A DNA stretch of 64,000 nt from assembly GCF_036321535.1 (NCBI RefSeq), contig NC_087436.1, positions 25,856,001-25,920,000 of the forward strand. The letters are read 5' to 3'. Positions within the stretch are counted from its first letter, which is position 1. Every line of letters begins with the position of its first letter. A program made the translations under genes and the position numbers. Below the pieces are notes generated by a model. The model saw only the letters and a program-made list of their open reading frames with translations, was not told the DNA's origin and did not search any database. The stretch is from Camelus dromedarius. Its lineage: Eukaryota. Positions 54,130 to 64,000 of this stretch are shown piece after piece.

Positions 54130-57100
54130 CCCAGTTTCAAGGTTTTATTTCCACCTGCTATCTGCACATCTCTACCGAGGCCTAATGTACAATTAAAACT
54201 CAATGTGATATAAACCAAATCTTGTACTTTTTATATTTTCATTTTTAATCTACAGCATTCCAAGAGCCAAGGTATATGACATAAACTAGTAGCTAACATA
54301 CAGATTCAGCTACTAATTGCTAAAAAAAAATGGATAAAATTATTTATGGACCAGGCAGCTCCTTCTCTTCCTTCCTCCAATTCTCTTAGTGTCACAGATT
54401 CACTTAGTTAGAAACTTTCAGGTTATCTTTATCTTTTTTGTGTTTCTCTTCTCTAATGCCCATTTAGCAATATTTTGAATATTTTGTTAGATTCTACATT
54501 AACTTGAAAGTGCTTTGTACAGTTATAAAGTTCTTTTTCTGTATTGACTTCTCCCTATTTCAGACTAATTCAAGTCTATTTTAATAAATTCTTTTCTTCC
54601 TTTATACATCTCTCAACTCAGACACAGCCTACATCACTGTGAGATTAGACAGAGTATCATATCATACTCATATCAACACAGTCCCCAATTTACAAATGAG
54701 CAAGAGCTGTCAGTCACCCTTCAGAGAATTAGGGCAACTGTCTGTCCTTCCATATATCTCCCCCATTTTCAAATAACTCTGGCAAATAACTCCCTCTGTT
54801 CAATGCATGTGATTTTTGTTTTTGTAATAACTGAACTTTTAATTATGTTATCCCTTCTTTTGGAACATATTTCTTTTCCTCTCATTTACAAGTTTTGAAA
54901 TCACACCCATCACTAAAGGCTGCAGTCAAATACCACACCACCTGGAGGCTGTTTTTGATATGCTTAAAACTTAGAGGTGTGTTTTGCTCTGATTGACCCT
55001 CCAGCTTATGTCTTGTTAAAGACACTAATCGTATATAAGGCTTAGTCTGCTCATTTAGCAAAGTTTAAAATGAAAATGTATTTCCTTTCCCGTCCTTATT
55101 AAATCTTGACTTTTGAGAGCAAAGGCTGAGACTTGTTTATCTTTTGAAATAACACACATCACACGTCACACAAATTCAATGCCAGGAACAATCCATATGG
55201 TGCTTAGTTGGTTGATGAAAATAGGTGTATAAATAGACAATTCCTATCAAGTTCATTTGATTTTTTCTTCAACCAATCAGGTTTATCCAAGCTATGAAGA
55301 AATATATAGATAAAACTAACCCAGGAAATATCTACTCTGGGCAACTGAGTAATTTTTAATATGTGGACAAAACAAGAAAGTATTGCCTTACTTAGTTGTA
55401 GATTTAAAAATATTACTTCCACACAATACTATATAAAGACTCAAAACTACTTTTATCAGAAGCACAGTAGTGTACAGCCTACAGGATTCACCCTCCCTCA
55501 AATGACATAAGCACCAAGCAGAATAAAGGAGAGGAGGGTAAGATAACATTGCCAACACAGGGTTGCCCGATTTATTTGTTTCTTGAGAGGCAGTAATGCA
55601 GGCAGCTAAATTTTTCTACCATCATTTTACAGATCAATAAGCTTGTCTATTCTTTTCTATAGTTTTATTTCCAATGTATTTGTTTGACTTTACCTTAGGT
55701 TACTCTCCTGTTTTGATTATTCACTTGATTATGACTAATCTGTTTTATTAAAAGAAAACCTCCATTTCTATTGACATTTACTACCATCAAACTTCTTAGT
55801 TTGACCATTTACAGGTTTGGAAGAAGATACAAATTCATATTCATGTAGATCACACTCCTACATTATGATGTCAAATGTATTAGCTATTAACCACAGATTT
55901 CTTCACCTATCTGGCCAATTAAACAACCTCCTTAAACATTATTTAACAACAAGAAACAACATGCTTTCAGAAAATATTTTGTACTGAGTATCTCAACAAG
56001 CTAATTTTCCTACTAAAGACCTCACACAAAATAAAAACATACATATTTCCATATATAAATGCATTTCTTAAATAGATTAAAAATTAAAGAAAGCATTCAA
56101 AAATCTGTTTAATTAGAAACTGTTGAAAAGCAAATGTGATTATTAATTAAACTGATATTTACTGACTATATGTTATGTGGTGGCTACTGTGCCACAGATA
56201 ATATAGTAAACAAAACAAGAATGTTCCCGCCCTCATGCAGAGCACATTTTGATGAGCAAAAGAGAGAATTTTTAAAACTTAAATACTTGCAGACTTTTGT
56301 AGCAACGAACTATATAACACATGCTGTGGAATACAGCAAACTGAGATAGGATAAAAGAGATAGAATAAACTATAATCTAGAGTCTGGAAAGGCATCCTAA
56401 GAAAATTATAATAAAGTTCAGAGCTGAAATATGAGGAGTTATTTAGGTAAAAGGGGTAAATGCCCCATGCCAACCAACTGACAAACAAAAGAGTTTTATA
56501 TGCATAAATATCATCCAGCCTTATCTATAATTATAGAGAAAGAAAAAAAAACTAACAGTCCAGTAATGGATGACTGACTGACTATGAAAATTATGGTACA
56601 AACAGCTCATGAAATATTATGAAGTTATTAAAATGACTGAAATGTGTATGATCACATGAATACCTATGTTGAATTAATAATGATTCCAATTATACATCTG
56701 AATATCATTTTATAAATGTAAGTGGGTACTTGCGTACATGTGAAACAAACACACAAACTAGAGACAAACCAAGCACCACTACCAACAACGAAAACCTCAT
56801 TACTTTGGAGTACTGAACACTGATGAAGATGCCATTTTAAATGTTTTTCCTCAGTTTCTCTAGTCACCAGTCTTCTACAACACTGCTGTAGCAGCGTTTT
56901 CTTTCTGCTCACTAAATCTATACTTTCCGCTTCTGTCTGAGCACAGTTAGACCACATTTCCTTAACTCTGTTGTGGATCCGTACAGGTATATGACTGAGT
57001 CATAGGCATTGCCCTGTGAGAGGAAGTGATGGATGCCCTTTCCAGGTCTCCCACGCACAAACATGTTCCTTGTTTAGTTCAGCACCTCAAAATAGTAGGG

Positions 57101-57557
57101 GTCAAGATGGGATTGAAAATGCAAAAGATTTACTGGGAAAAATGCCTGTGAGAAAAAATGGCAGCGAGGGAAGACATGTGGAAAAGCCTTCAGACTCCTT
57201 TCCAGGTCTGAGCCCAATGGGAGGAGAGAAACGAAGGGAAAAGTGGGTAGGAAACATCTTAAACTGCAGTTCAATTCTGGGGAAATCCTAAATTTCTTTC
57301 ACCCTTAGTTCTCACCTTGGCAGTTTTCTGTGGCTTAGCTGGTGATATAACCCAAACCTTCATTCCTGAGGAGTCTGTCCTCGGTAATCATACCTTTCTC
57401 AAGGCAAGGGTGTTGCACCTGTCCAATCACAGTTCCAGTGGGGCATGAAATTACCAAGGGGCACTAAAATGGACCACCTGGGTGACAAATTCCTCCATAT
57501 CCCTCTAGTATAGAAACAGCTCTACTTCTAATCAGGTTCAATTATCCCTAACAAGCA

Positions 57558-57739
57558 GGGAGGGTACAGCTCAAGTGGTAGAGCGCATGCCTAGAGTGCA
57601 CAAGGTCCTGGGTTCAGTCCCCAGTCCCTCCTCTATAAATAAATAAACCTAATTACCTCTCCCCTGGCCAAACTATAATAATTAAATAATACAATAATAA
57701 ATAAATTAAATAAATAAAATTTTTAAAAGATACAAAAAA
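57558..57739 (+). mobile_element. tRNA-derived SINE (camelid Vic-1-like)
   Basis: GGGAGGGTACAGCTCAAGTGGTAGAGCGCATGC...GGTCCTGGGTTCAGTCCCCAG with Pol III A and B boxes; TAAACCTAATTACCTC body; AT-rich tail; degenerate TSD ATTATCCCTAACAA/ATTATGCCTGCCAA. Confidence 0.88.
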
Positions 57740-57953
57740 ATTATGCCTGCCAATACGGTGATATATTTGTTGCCTCCTGGTCCCTTGATGTAAAGATCTA
57801 AAACGCTCTAAGGTTCATATTTCAATGGAAACTTTATTGTTTGCCCTGACAAAAGTGCACCCCCTTTGGGGAAGAAACCCTCTAACCCTACAAAGACTAG
57901 AGCTGCGGAAACTGGAAGCAAAGAACCCCTCAGTGGGCCTTTGGAAATGATGG

Positions 57954-58784
57954 TGTATGAGTCAGGGCTCTTCAGAGAAAAAAAAAAAAACAACAGGATG
58001 TGAGCGTATACACAGATTTTAAGGAACTGGCTTACCTGATTGTGGCGGCTTGTCAAGTCTAAAATCCAAGAGGTAGGCTGTCATGCTGGAGACCCTGGAA
58101 GAGTCGCAGTTTGTGTCCAAAAGTAGTTGCTGCAGAATTTCTCCTCACTTGTGGGCGCTCAGCCTTCCTCCTTAAGGCCTTCGACTGATTTAATGAGGTC
58201 CACCCGCATTATGGAGGGTAGTGGAGGCTAATCTGCTTTACTCAAAGATTTAAATGTTATTCTCATTCTTAAAAAACACCTTGCAGACTCCCTGGGAGTG
58301 GCCCACGTCCTTCCAGTCCTGGGCCAGACAGTCCTGGTGGCCCTCGCCCTCCTCCACGAGGGGCCCCTGGTGCTGTTCAGGGCCGGGTGGCGGGTGTCTT
58401 ACAGCTGGAGGAGCTGCGGCGCCGCTTGCGGGCGGGCGTCTGCCCGGCACCTGCCAGATAGGCTGCGGCCGAGGCATGGGCGCTTCACCACAGCGGTAGC
58501 TCGGCGGGCTGGCGGCTGAGGCCAGAGGCGTGTCAGTGGAGCGCCAGGTGCTGGCCGGCTCTCCGCTGAGCGACTGGAGGCGCGGCCGAGTGGCGCTGTG
58601 CGCGCAGCGGCACCTCTGCGAGGTCGTGTTCCACCGCAAGTGCAAGTTTCTGAGGGACCGGAAGGACTGAAGGACCAGTCACAGAATTAAAAACAAAAAC
58701 AAAAAACGTTTTTAGGGAAATATCCAGAATATTTGACTAAGCATCTGGACACTGTGATGCAGACAAGTTGACACAACTACCACA
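57954..58784 (-). mobile_element. MLT2-type ERVL solo LTR interrupted by a retrocopy
   Basis: TGTATGAGTCAGGGCTCTTCAGAGAAA...TAAGGAACTGGCTTAC...AGGCCTTCGACTGATT..ATGAGGTCCACCC...AAAAAACACC resumes as AATATCCAGAATATTTGAC...CAAGTTGACACA; flanked by GATGG/CATGG. Confidence 0.9.
58283..58706 (+). pseudogene. 5'-truncated processed pseudogene of an unidentified GC-rich gene
   Basis: Abrupt GC/CpG-rich insert. GC3-rich frame 58500-58670 encodes LGGLAAEARGVSVERQVLAGSPLSDWRRGRVALCAQRHLCEVVFHRKCKFLRDRKD*. ATTAAA at 58686 and an A-rich tail follow; degenerate TSD AAAAAACACCTT/AAAAAACGTTTT; frameshifts and a TAG upstream. Confidence 0.8.
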
Positions 58785-58789
58785 CATGG

Positions 58790-59114
58790 TGTAGGGGAAA
58801 ATGGAGTCACTCAGGTTCCCTCGCCAGTCACCGAGTGACGCAGCTGTACTATCCCGCATGCGCAGTACCCAAGTAGTGTTATATATGCATGACTTGCCCC
58901 GCGCAAGCGTGCTGGTTAGCTCCTATCATAGTTGGCTGGATGCTGGCCTTGCTTGCGTTGTTATATAAGGTGGACGGGACATTCCTCCCCCCGGGGCCAT
59001 TGAAGCCTGTGTACTCCGCTGCAATAAAGGCACGTCATGATACCTGCGGCTGCAGAGTGTTCTTCTGTCTGTCCAAATCCATGAACCTGCCAGGCCTTGA
59101 GAGCCTGCAGTACA
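58790..59114 (+). mobile_element. Young, short (325 bp) retroviral solo LTR
   Basis: TGTA...TACA inverted ends, 5-bp TSD CATGG/GATGG, TATATAAG at ~58962, AATAAA at ~59023, many intact CpGs. Confidence 0.88.
58795..58970 (+). promoter_or_regulatory. Putative LTR promoter (YY1-like, CRE/AP-1-like, NRF1-like, TATA)
   Basis: AAAATGG (~58798), TGACGCA (~58836), CGCATGCGCA (58855-58864), TATATAAG. Motif matches only; activity not shown. Confidence 0.5.
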
Positions 59115-62100
59115 GATGGTGACTGAGCTACTCCTGTTTTTATTATTTACTTCCTAGACCCACGTAGTCTTCCTTTATAAGACAGAGCACCACCTCAAGG
59201 TCTCTAGTTTAATGTATATGTCGTATTTTAGGTCATTGGGTATCAATGTTTTCTCAGACCTGGTGCTCAATGATCCTGGAAATGTTTGGGTATTCCACTT
59301 TTTCCAAAGTACTCATCGTAGTAAATGGCCATACGTCCTCCTGAGGAAGGACTGGGGTGATCATTATAGTATGTATTTACTGGAATATGGCAGAGTCCTT
59401 CCTTTTGGACACCTGGCCCCTTCTTCAGTTAGTAAGTTCTGGATCTGAAAATTGGTTCAAGTTTGAAAATTGAGCAAGTAATAATAACTTTCTATTGGGA
59501 CAACTGCCCTCAGCCTCCTGTTCCTCCACTTTTGCCTTGTTCTGATCCTAAAATTTGATCAATCCCCTTATTAGCTACTAGTCTATTTGCCCCTAGGGAT
59601 GCCATTGTCTATGAGTTATCTCCAAACACTCTCATCAACTCTTTGTGGCTGCTCACACAACCTTGATGTTTATATGGTAATTCTGGCTTCTTGAGTTCCA
59701 GCAGTTAAGTACCACCATCTGACCTCTGTTACTTTATGGCACAACATCATTTTGAATGTTAAAGAGAGCTCTGTGACTGCAGAGAAGGGCCACTACTGAA
59801 ATTCTTGTGTGACACCAGTTCCCCTCTCACCAGCATGTACCTGATGGCTGTGAAACAATAAGTCTTTTGGATCCTTGCAAAGAGCATAACTTGGTGATTT
59901 TTTTTTCTCACATAATATATCCAGTCTAACATGCCCTCTTTACCTGGTCCCTTTATTCTTTCCTTAACTGTCATTCAGGCAACTTGAGCCTTTCCATTTC
60001 GTTCAGCAATTGTCACAGCCCTTTTTCAGGCATGTGACAGTCACTCTAGTGGTGAGTAGTGTGTCTCCTCCTCTGGGGTCCTTCCTAGGGTGATAAATCC
60101 CTGTAACCCTAGAATGTGCCTCTAAGTCACCAAAATATTGCTTATCCTGTCATATATATTAGTCCCCTTGATCAAGTCCTCCCAAAATCCAATCCTAGGG
60201 GCAGTCCCCTGGCTCATGTTATTAGTATGTAAGTGACTATTATGTTTCCTTCCAGGTATAATTCTTTTCCTTCCTTCTCAGCTGAGCATTTCCCCAGCCC
60301 AGCCATCCTGGGATTTAAACCCCTATTAATTGGCTTAGTAGCTAGGAGAGGAGCTGAGTGGCGGTCCAGAGAGGAGCCCCTATCATCTTGCAGGGGTTGG
60401 ACCTCTTCAGCATCTTCAGCAAGACATCTGGCTCTTACTAAGGAAAAGTAGACCAACTGTGTGAACTCTAAGGGTTTGGAGCACAAATGTCTGTAGAGAC
60501 AATTCGTTCACAAGGGTCCATTCAAAACTCCTCATTCTGTGTTTCAGGGTGCCACTCCAGGCCCTGATTGTAGCAGGGCACACCTGCCTTTACTGAGCAT
60601 TTAAACATATCTGAAATTCTGCAGCTGTGATTACTGGAGTTGGATGCTTACCTGTGTCCCCTCTTCCACTACGGGGCAAGGGGCTCTCTGCAATCTTCCA
60701 TAGAACCCTTCTGCCTCTCAGTCTTTAAGTCCTGAATTTCATATTGTCTTTCTGCAGGGCAGTAATTGAACTTTGCCGTCTAAGTATTGTTGCCCTAATA
60801 TTTTTCAGATGCCTGAATTATTAAATCTGTGAAGGAATTCTCTCCACCGGGATAATTTCCCAGGTCTCCTCTAGGGGAATCATGAGCAATTAAATTATAC
60901 TATGTGCCAGGGATTACCGGTGCCCCACATTCTTCAGAATAGCATCCTCTTTCACTGCCAGCTAGTGAGTGACCTAGTCCTTGACCCCAATTTACTGCTC
61001 GCCTTCTGGCACCCTTTGCATTAGTTTGGGGTCTCTGAGAAACAGATGTTAGACACATTTACACATGCAAGTCATTTTTTTTTTTTTTTGTGGAAAATCA
61101 TCTATGAGGAAAATGAGGAGTCAGAAGATGTTGATAGAGTGCTCAGATCTTGATGTAGTTCTGATTCCTATGAAGGAGAAGGGGAAGGAAGGAAAATTGT
61201 GCAGGAGAAATCTTAGACTATAGTGCAGTACTAAGAAAGTTGCAGCAAGGCACATGGGGAGTCTTCAAGACAAAGTTGCCATTAGAGGACTGCCTGTCTT
61301 AGTGTTTTGGCCACGCTCAGCCACTGGTGTGACTCGGGCACACATGGCAGGGTTTGTTTTCAGAGTGTAGCAGCTGGGACCATCAGTCAGTTTCATTTCC
61401 TGTAGTTAGAAATTGGAGAGAAGTATTTTGCTGAATTCTAGAGTCCAGAATGCTTTTCTCTCCCTTGGAAGGAAGATAGGCCCTTTGGAAAGCACATGTT
61501 GAAAACGGTGGGAACTCTGTCAGTCTGAGTTTCTGAATGAGTGCATGGAGGATGGCATCTCCCATTACCATCATGTGAGAAAGAAAGAAACTTCTATTGT
61601 GTTTGAGCAATCTACATTTTAGAGTCTGTAACAGAAATTAACTTATTTTAGGCAATGCTTCTGCTCAGCCTATAATTCTTTACTGTATTTGAAGTTATAT
61701 GTTTCTACTGACATCTAACAAGCTCTGACCCATATTTTTCACTTATTAATCTCTACAATATGTTTTTCTGATCTTAAAAACAATGACCTATCTTGACTCA
61801 GAGACTGTCTCTTGCACCAGCAGGAATCGTATCTTTGAGATGGAAGTTACTTAAAATTCAAAGTCTTATTCTGCCTAGCGCCTTGGTGTCCTATCCTTAT
61901 TGCTTATTAGATACCTTTTTTTATTCTTCCCACCCTACTTCAACATCCAAGACTTGGGTATGTCTGAATCTTATGTACTTGCCTGGTCTTAAAGGACTCT
62001 GGCTGTTTTGACTTAATTAAAACTGTCTATATATTCCCTGAGTTTTGTATATTGGTTATTGTCCTTTTCCTTGCCCAAATTAGGGGTTAATATTCTCCTT

Positions 62101-64000
62101 TGGTTCCTTACTTCATGTCTTCTCTGAAATACTGGGTTGGTTTCACATCTGGAAATTTTGAATCCTCTATTTCTCTGCTCTCTTATTTATATGTATTGAC
62201 CTCTTTGCAACTATTCACTCCAATTGTGAAATAATGTAATACAATGTGTGGCCTAAAGAGCACAGCAATGGAGTTAGCTCTCCAAACTTAGTCTCAAAGT
62301 CCTTGTTTATAAATTTGGGTAATAAACATTACAGTGTAGAATAGATTTGAAGATGAGACCAGACAGTATATGTAAATACTCAGTATTGAATATGAATATT
62401 TGTAAGGCTACTAAATACTGAGTACATGGTAGCCGCTTTGAAGAGGAGGAGATGGAGGAAGAAAAGATGGACAGGGAAAAGGGGAGAAAGAAGAGACCAA
62501 AGGTTATCCTTCCCAGAGATGTTCACTGCTCTGCAATACTTACAAAGATTGTTATGTATGCTAAAATGAGTTATTCTGAACACACCCAGAAAGAGTTTTT
62601 TTTTTTCTTTTTAGGAACTGTTAAACATTTTAAAGAATTTGAGAAAACTGATACCATTTCAATCAATAAAAACCTTACATGTTAGATTACTATACAGTGT
62701 TCTTTCTTTCTTTTTTTTTCTTTTTAATTTGCCACAGACCTGGTTGTATCACTTTTAGGCTTTATAGCCTTGGGCAGATCATTTAATTTCCTTATAAAGT
62801 GATAATTAATACCTGTCTCCAATTTAACTATCTTAAGGATTTGATATTCTTCATGAGATTTTTTTTTCATTTAGATTAAACTTTCAATTAAACTTTCTTT
62901 AAATTAACTTTCTTGAACAAATTAAATTTTAAATAATTGCATCAAGCTCCTGTAGATTGTTAAAGTAAATACAGTTGAAGTGATTTCAGTTCCTCTATCT
63001 CGTTCTTTCTCCCTCTCTGCTGCCCTGTCTCTTGCTCCCTTTTTGTTTTCTTTCTGTTCTCCCCTCTTTCACCTTCTCCCTCAGATATATATTCAGTAAA
63101 GTTGATTTTTCTTTCTTTTCAATTTTAGTATCTTCAGTACCAGCCTCTGAGTACATACATGTGTGTTGATAATGATTTGTGAATGTGTATAGCTAAGTGT
63201 CGAATTCAGCAGTTTATTTCTGAACCTGTTTTAATGTAGTAAGTTCAAAATGTATCAAAAAGGTCTTTGTTTATATTTTTATATGTTCAGTAAACAGTTG
63301 AAAGGGAAACCTCCCTTATTACTTTATTTCATTTCTCTTAAAATACAAAAGCTTTCATTTTAAAGCATTACTAAAAATAAAAGAGAACAAAAGCTAATTC
63401 TAAGACAAGAATTGAAAACAAAACAAAACAAAAACAATCCAAACCACCTTCCAAATGCCTTTTACCACACTCTGCAAAGTACTGAAATAGAGTTTTCTAT
63501 TCCTGTCACATCCAGTTGCAGGATTTACCAGAAGTGGACCTTGTTCCAGTTAGATAAAGTAAGATTATACTGAAAGCTGCTGATCTGTTTTCAGAAGAAT
63601 TGTTACAATTCTTGAGAGAAATTGCCCAGAGTAATAGAATTTTAGCAGAAATGAATCTGTTACTAGCTGGGAAAAGTACTTATAGCCACAGAAACCTGTG
63701 ATGACAAACATGCAGTTTTGATTATGGTCTATGGAATTAGTACATAGAAGAAGGGAAGTACATTGAATGAAATGTTGATTATTATTTTTTAACAGAAATG
63801 TATACCCCTGTGAATTGCACCACTTCTTTTTTTTTTTCAGAAAATAGTTATTACTAACCTTGGTAATGAACTTCACTTGCATATCACTTCACAGTAAGAC
63901 CTTCTTCTTCCCTTGCTAATCCAAATGATGAAAGAAAGACATTTGGGCTAATATCTTTAATGAAAGCTTTCTTCTGAGAAACTAAATTTAAAATTGATCT

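Larger units (their letters stand above)
57064..61420 (-). mobile_element. Decayed ERVL provirus with remnants of both LTRs (57064-57290 partial; 61017-~61420)
   Basis: The two LTR pieces resemble each other (TTAGTT...TGCAA...GGAAAA...TGAG..AAA.TG...GGAAGG...TCTTA.ACT..AGT.CA.T.CT). The internal gag-like ORF 59759-59974 contains EGMLDWIYYVR...FTAIRYMLVRG. Confidence 0.8.

Noticed and set aside
57558..57632. Apparent tRNA gene
   Set aside because: It is the head of a SINE: followed by a SINE body, AT-rich tail and TSD, with a degenerate cloverleaf.
58250..58645. 131-aa minus-strand ORF and overlapping plus-strand ORFs
   Set aside because: Shadow ORFs of a GC-rich insert; the poly-A tail, stop codon and codon bias indicate a disrupted plus-strand retrocopy.
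1..64000. CRISPR arrays, operons or prokaryotic defence systems
   Set aside because: The sequence is mammalian, with no regularly spaced repeat-spacer arrays or dense coding regions.

Overview
AT-rich mammalian genomic DNA, most likely camelid, judged from a Vic-1-like tRNA-derived SINE at 57558-57739, a cetartiodactyl-type young L1 3' end and no recognisable ruminant, pig or primate SINEs. I find no intact protein-coding gene, rRNA, genuine tRNA or CRISPR array; most ORFs in the track are repeat remnants or noise. The window is intergenic or intronic and rich in transposable elements: a full-length Tigger1, hAT elements, MIR/L2/L1 fragments, three decayed ERVL-type internal regions and several solo LTRs. 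Four structures stand out. (1) A nested stack at about 57.9-59.1 kb (ERVL > MLT2 > GC-rich processed pseudogene, plus a young solo LTR with NRF1/TATA motifs) forms an orphan CpG-rich island. (2) An L1 insertion splits a MER81 and shows both a twin-priming 5' inversion and an apparent 3' transduction. (3) A 5'-truncated ERV1 LTR is flanked by an ~85-bp duplication. (4) A possible decayed multi-exon gene lies on the minus strand at 12.2-13.3 kb. Repeat family names are from remembered consensus sequences, not a database search, and boundaries of old repeats are approximate. The sequence alone does not support a wholly new biological system.
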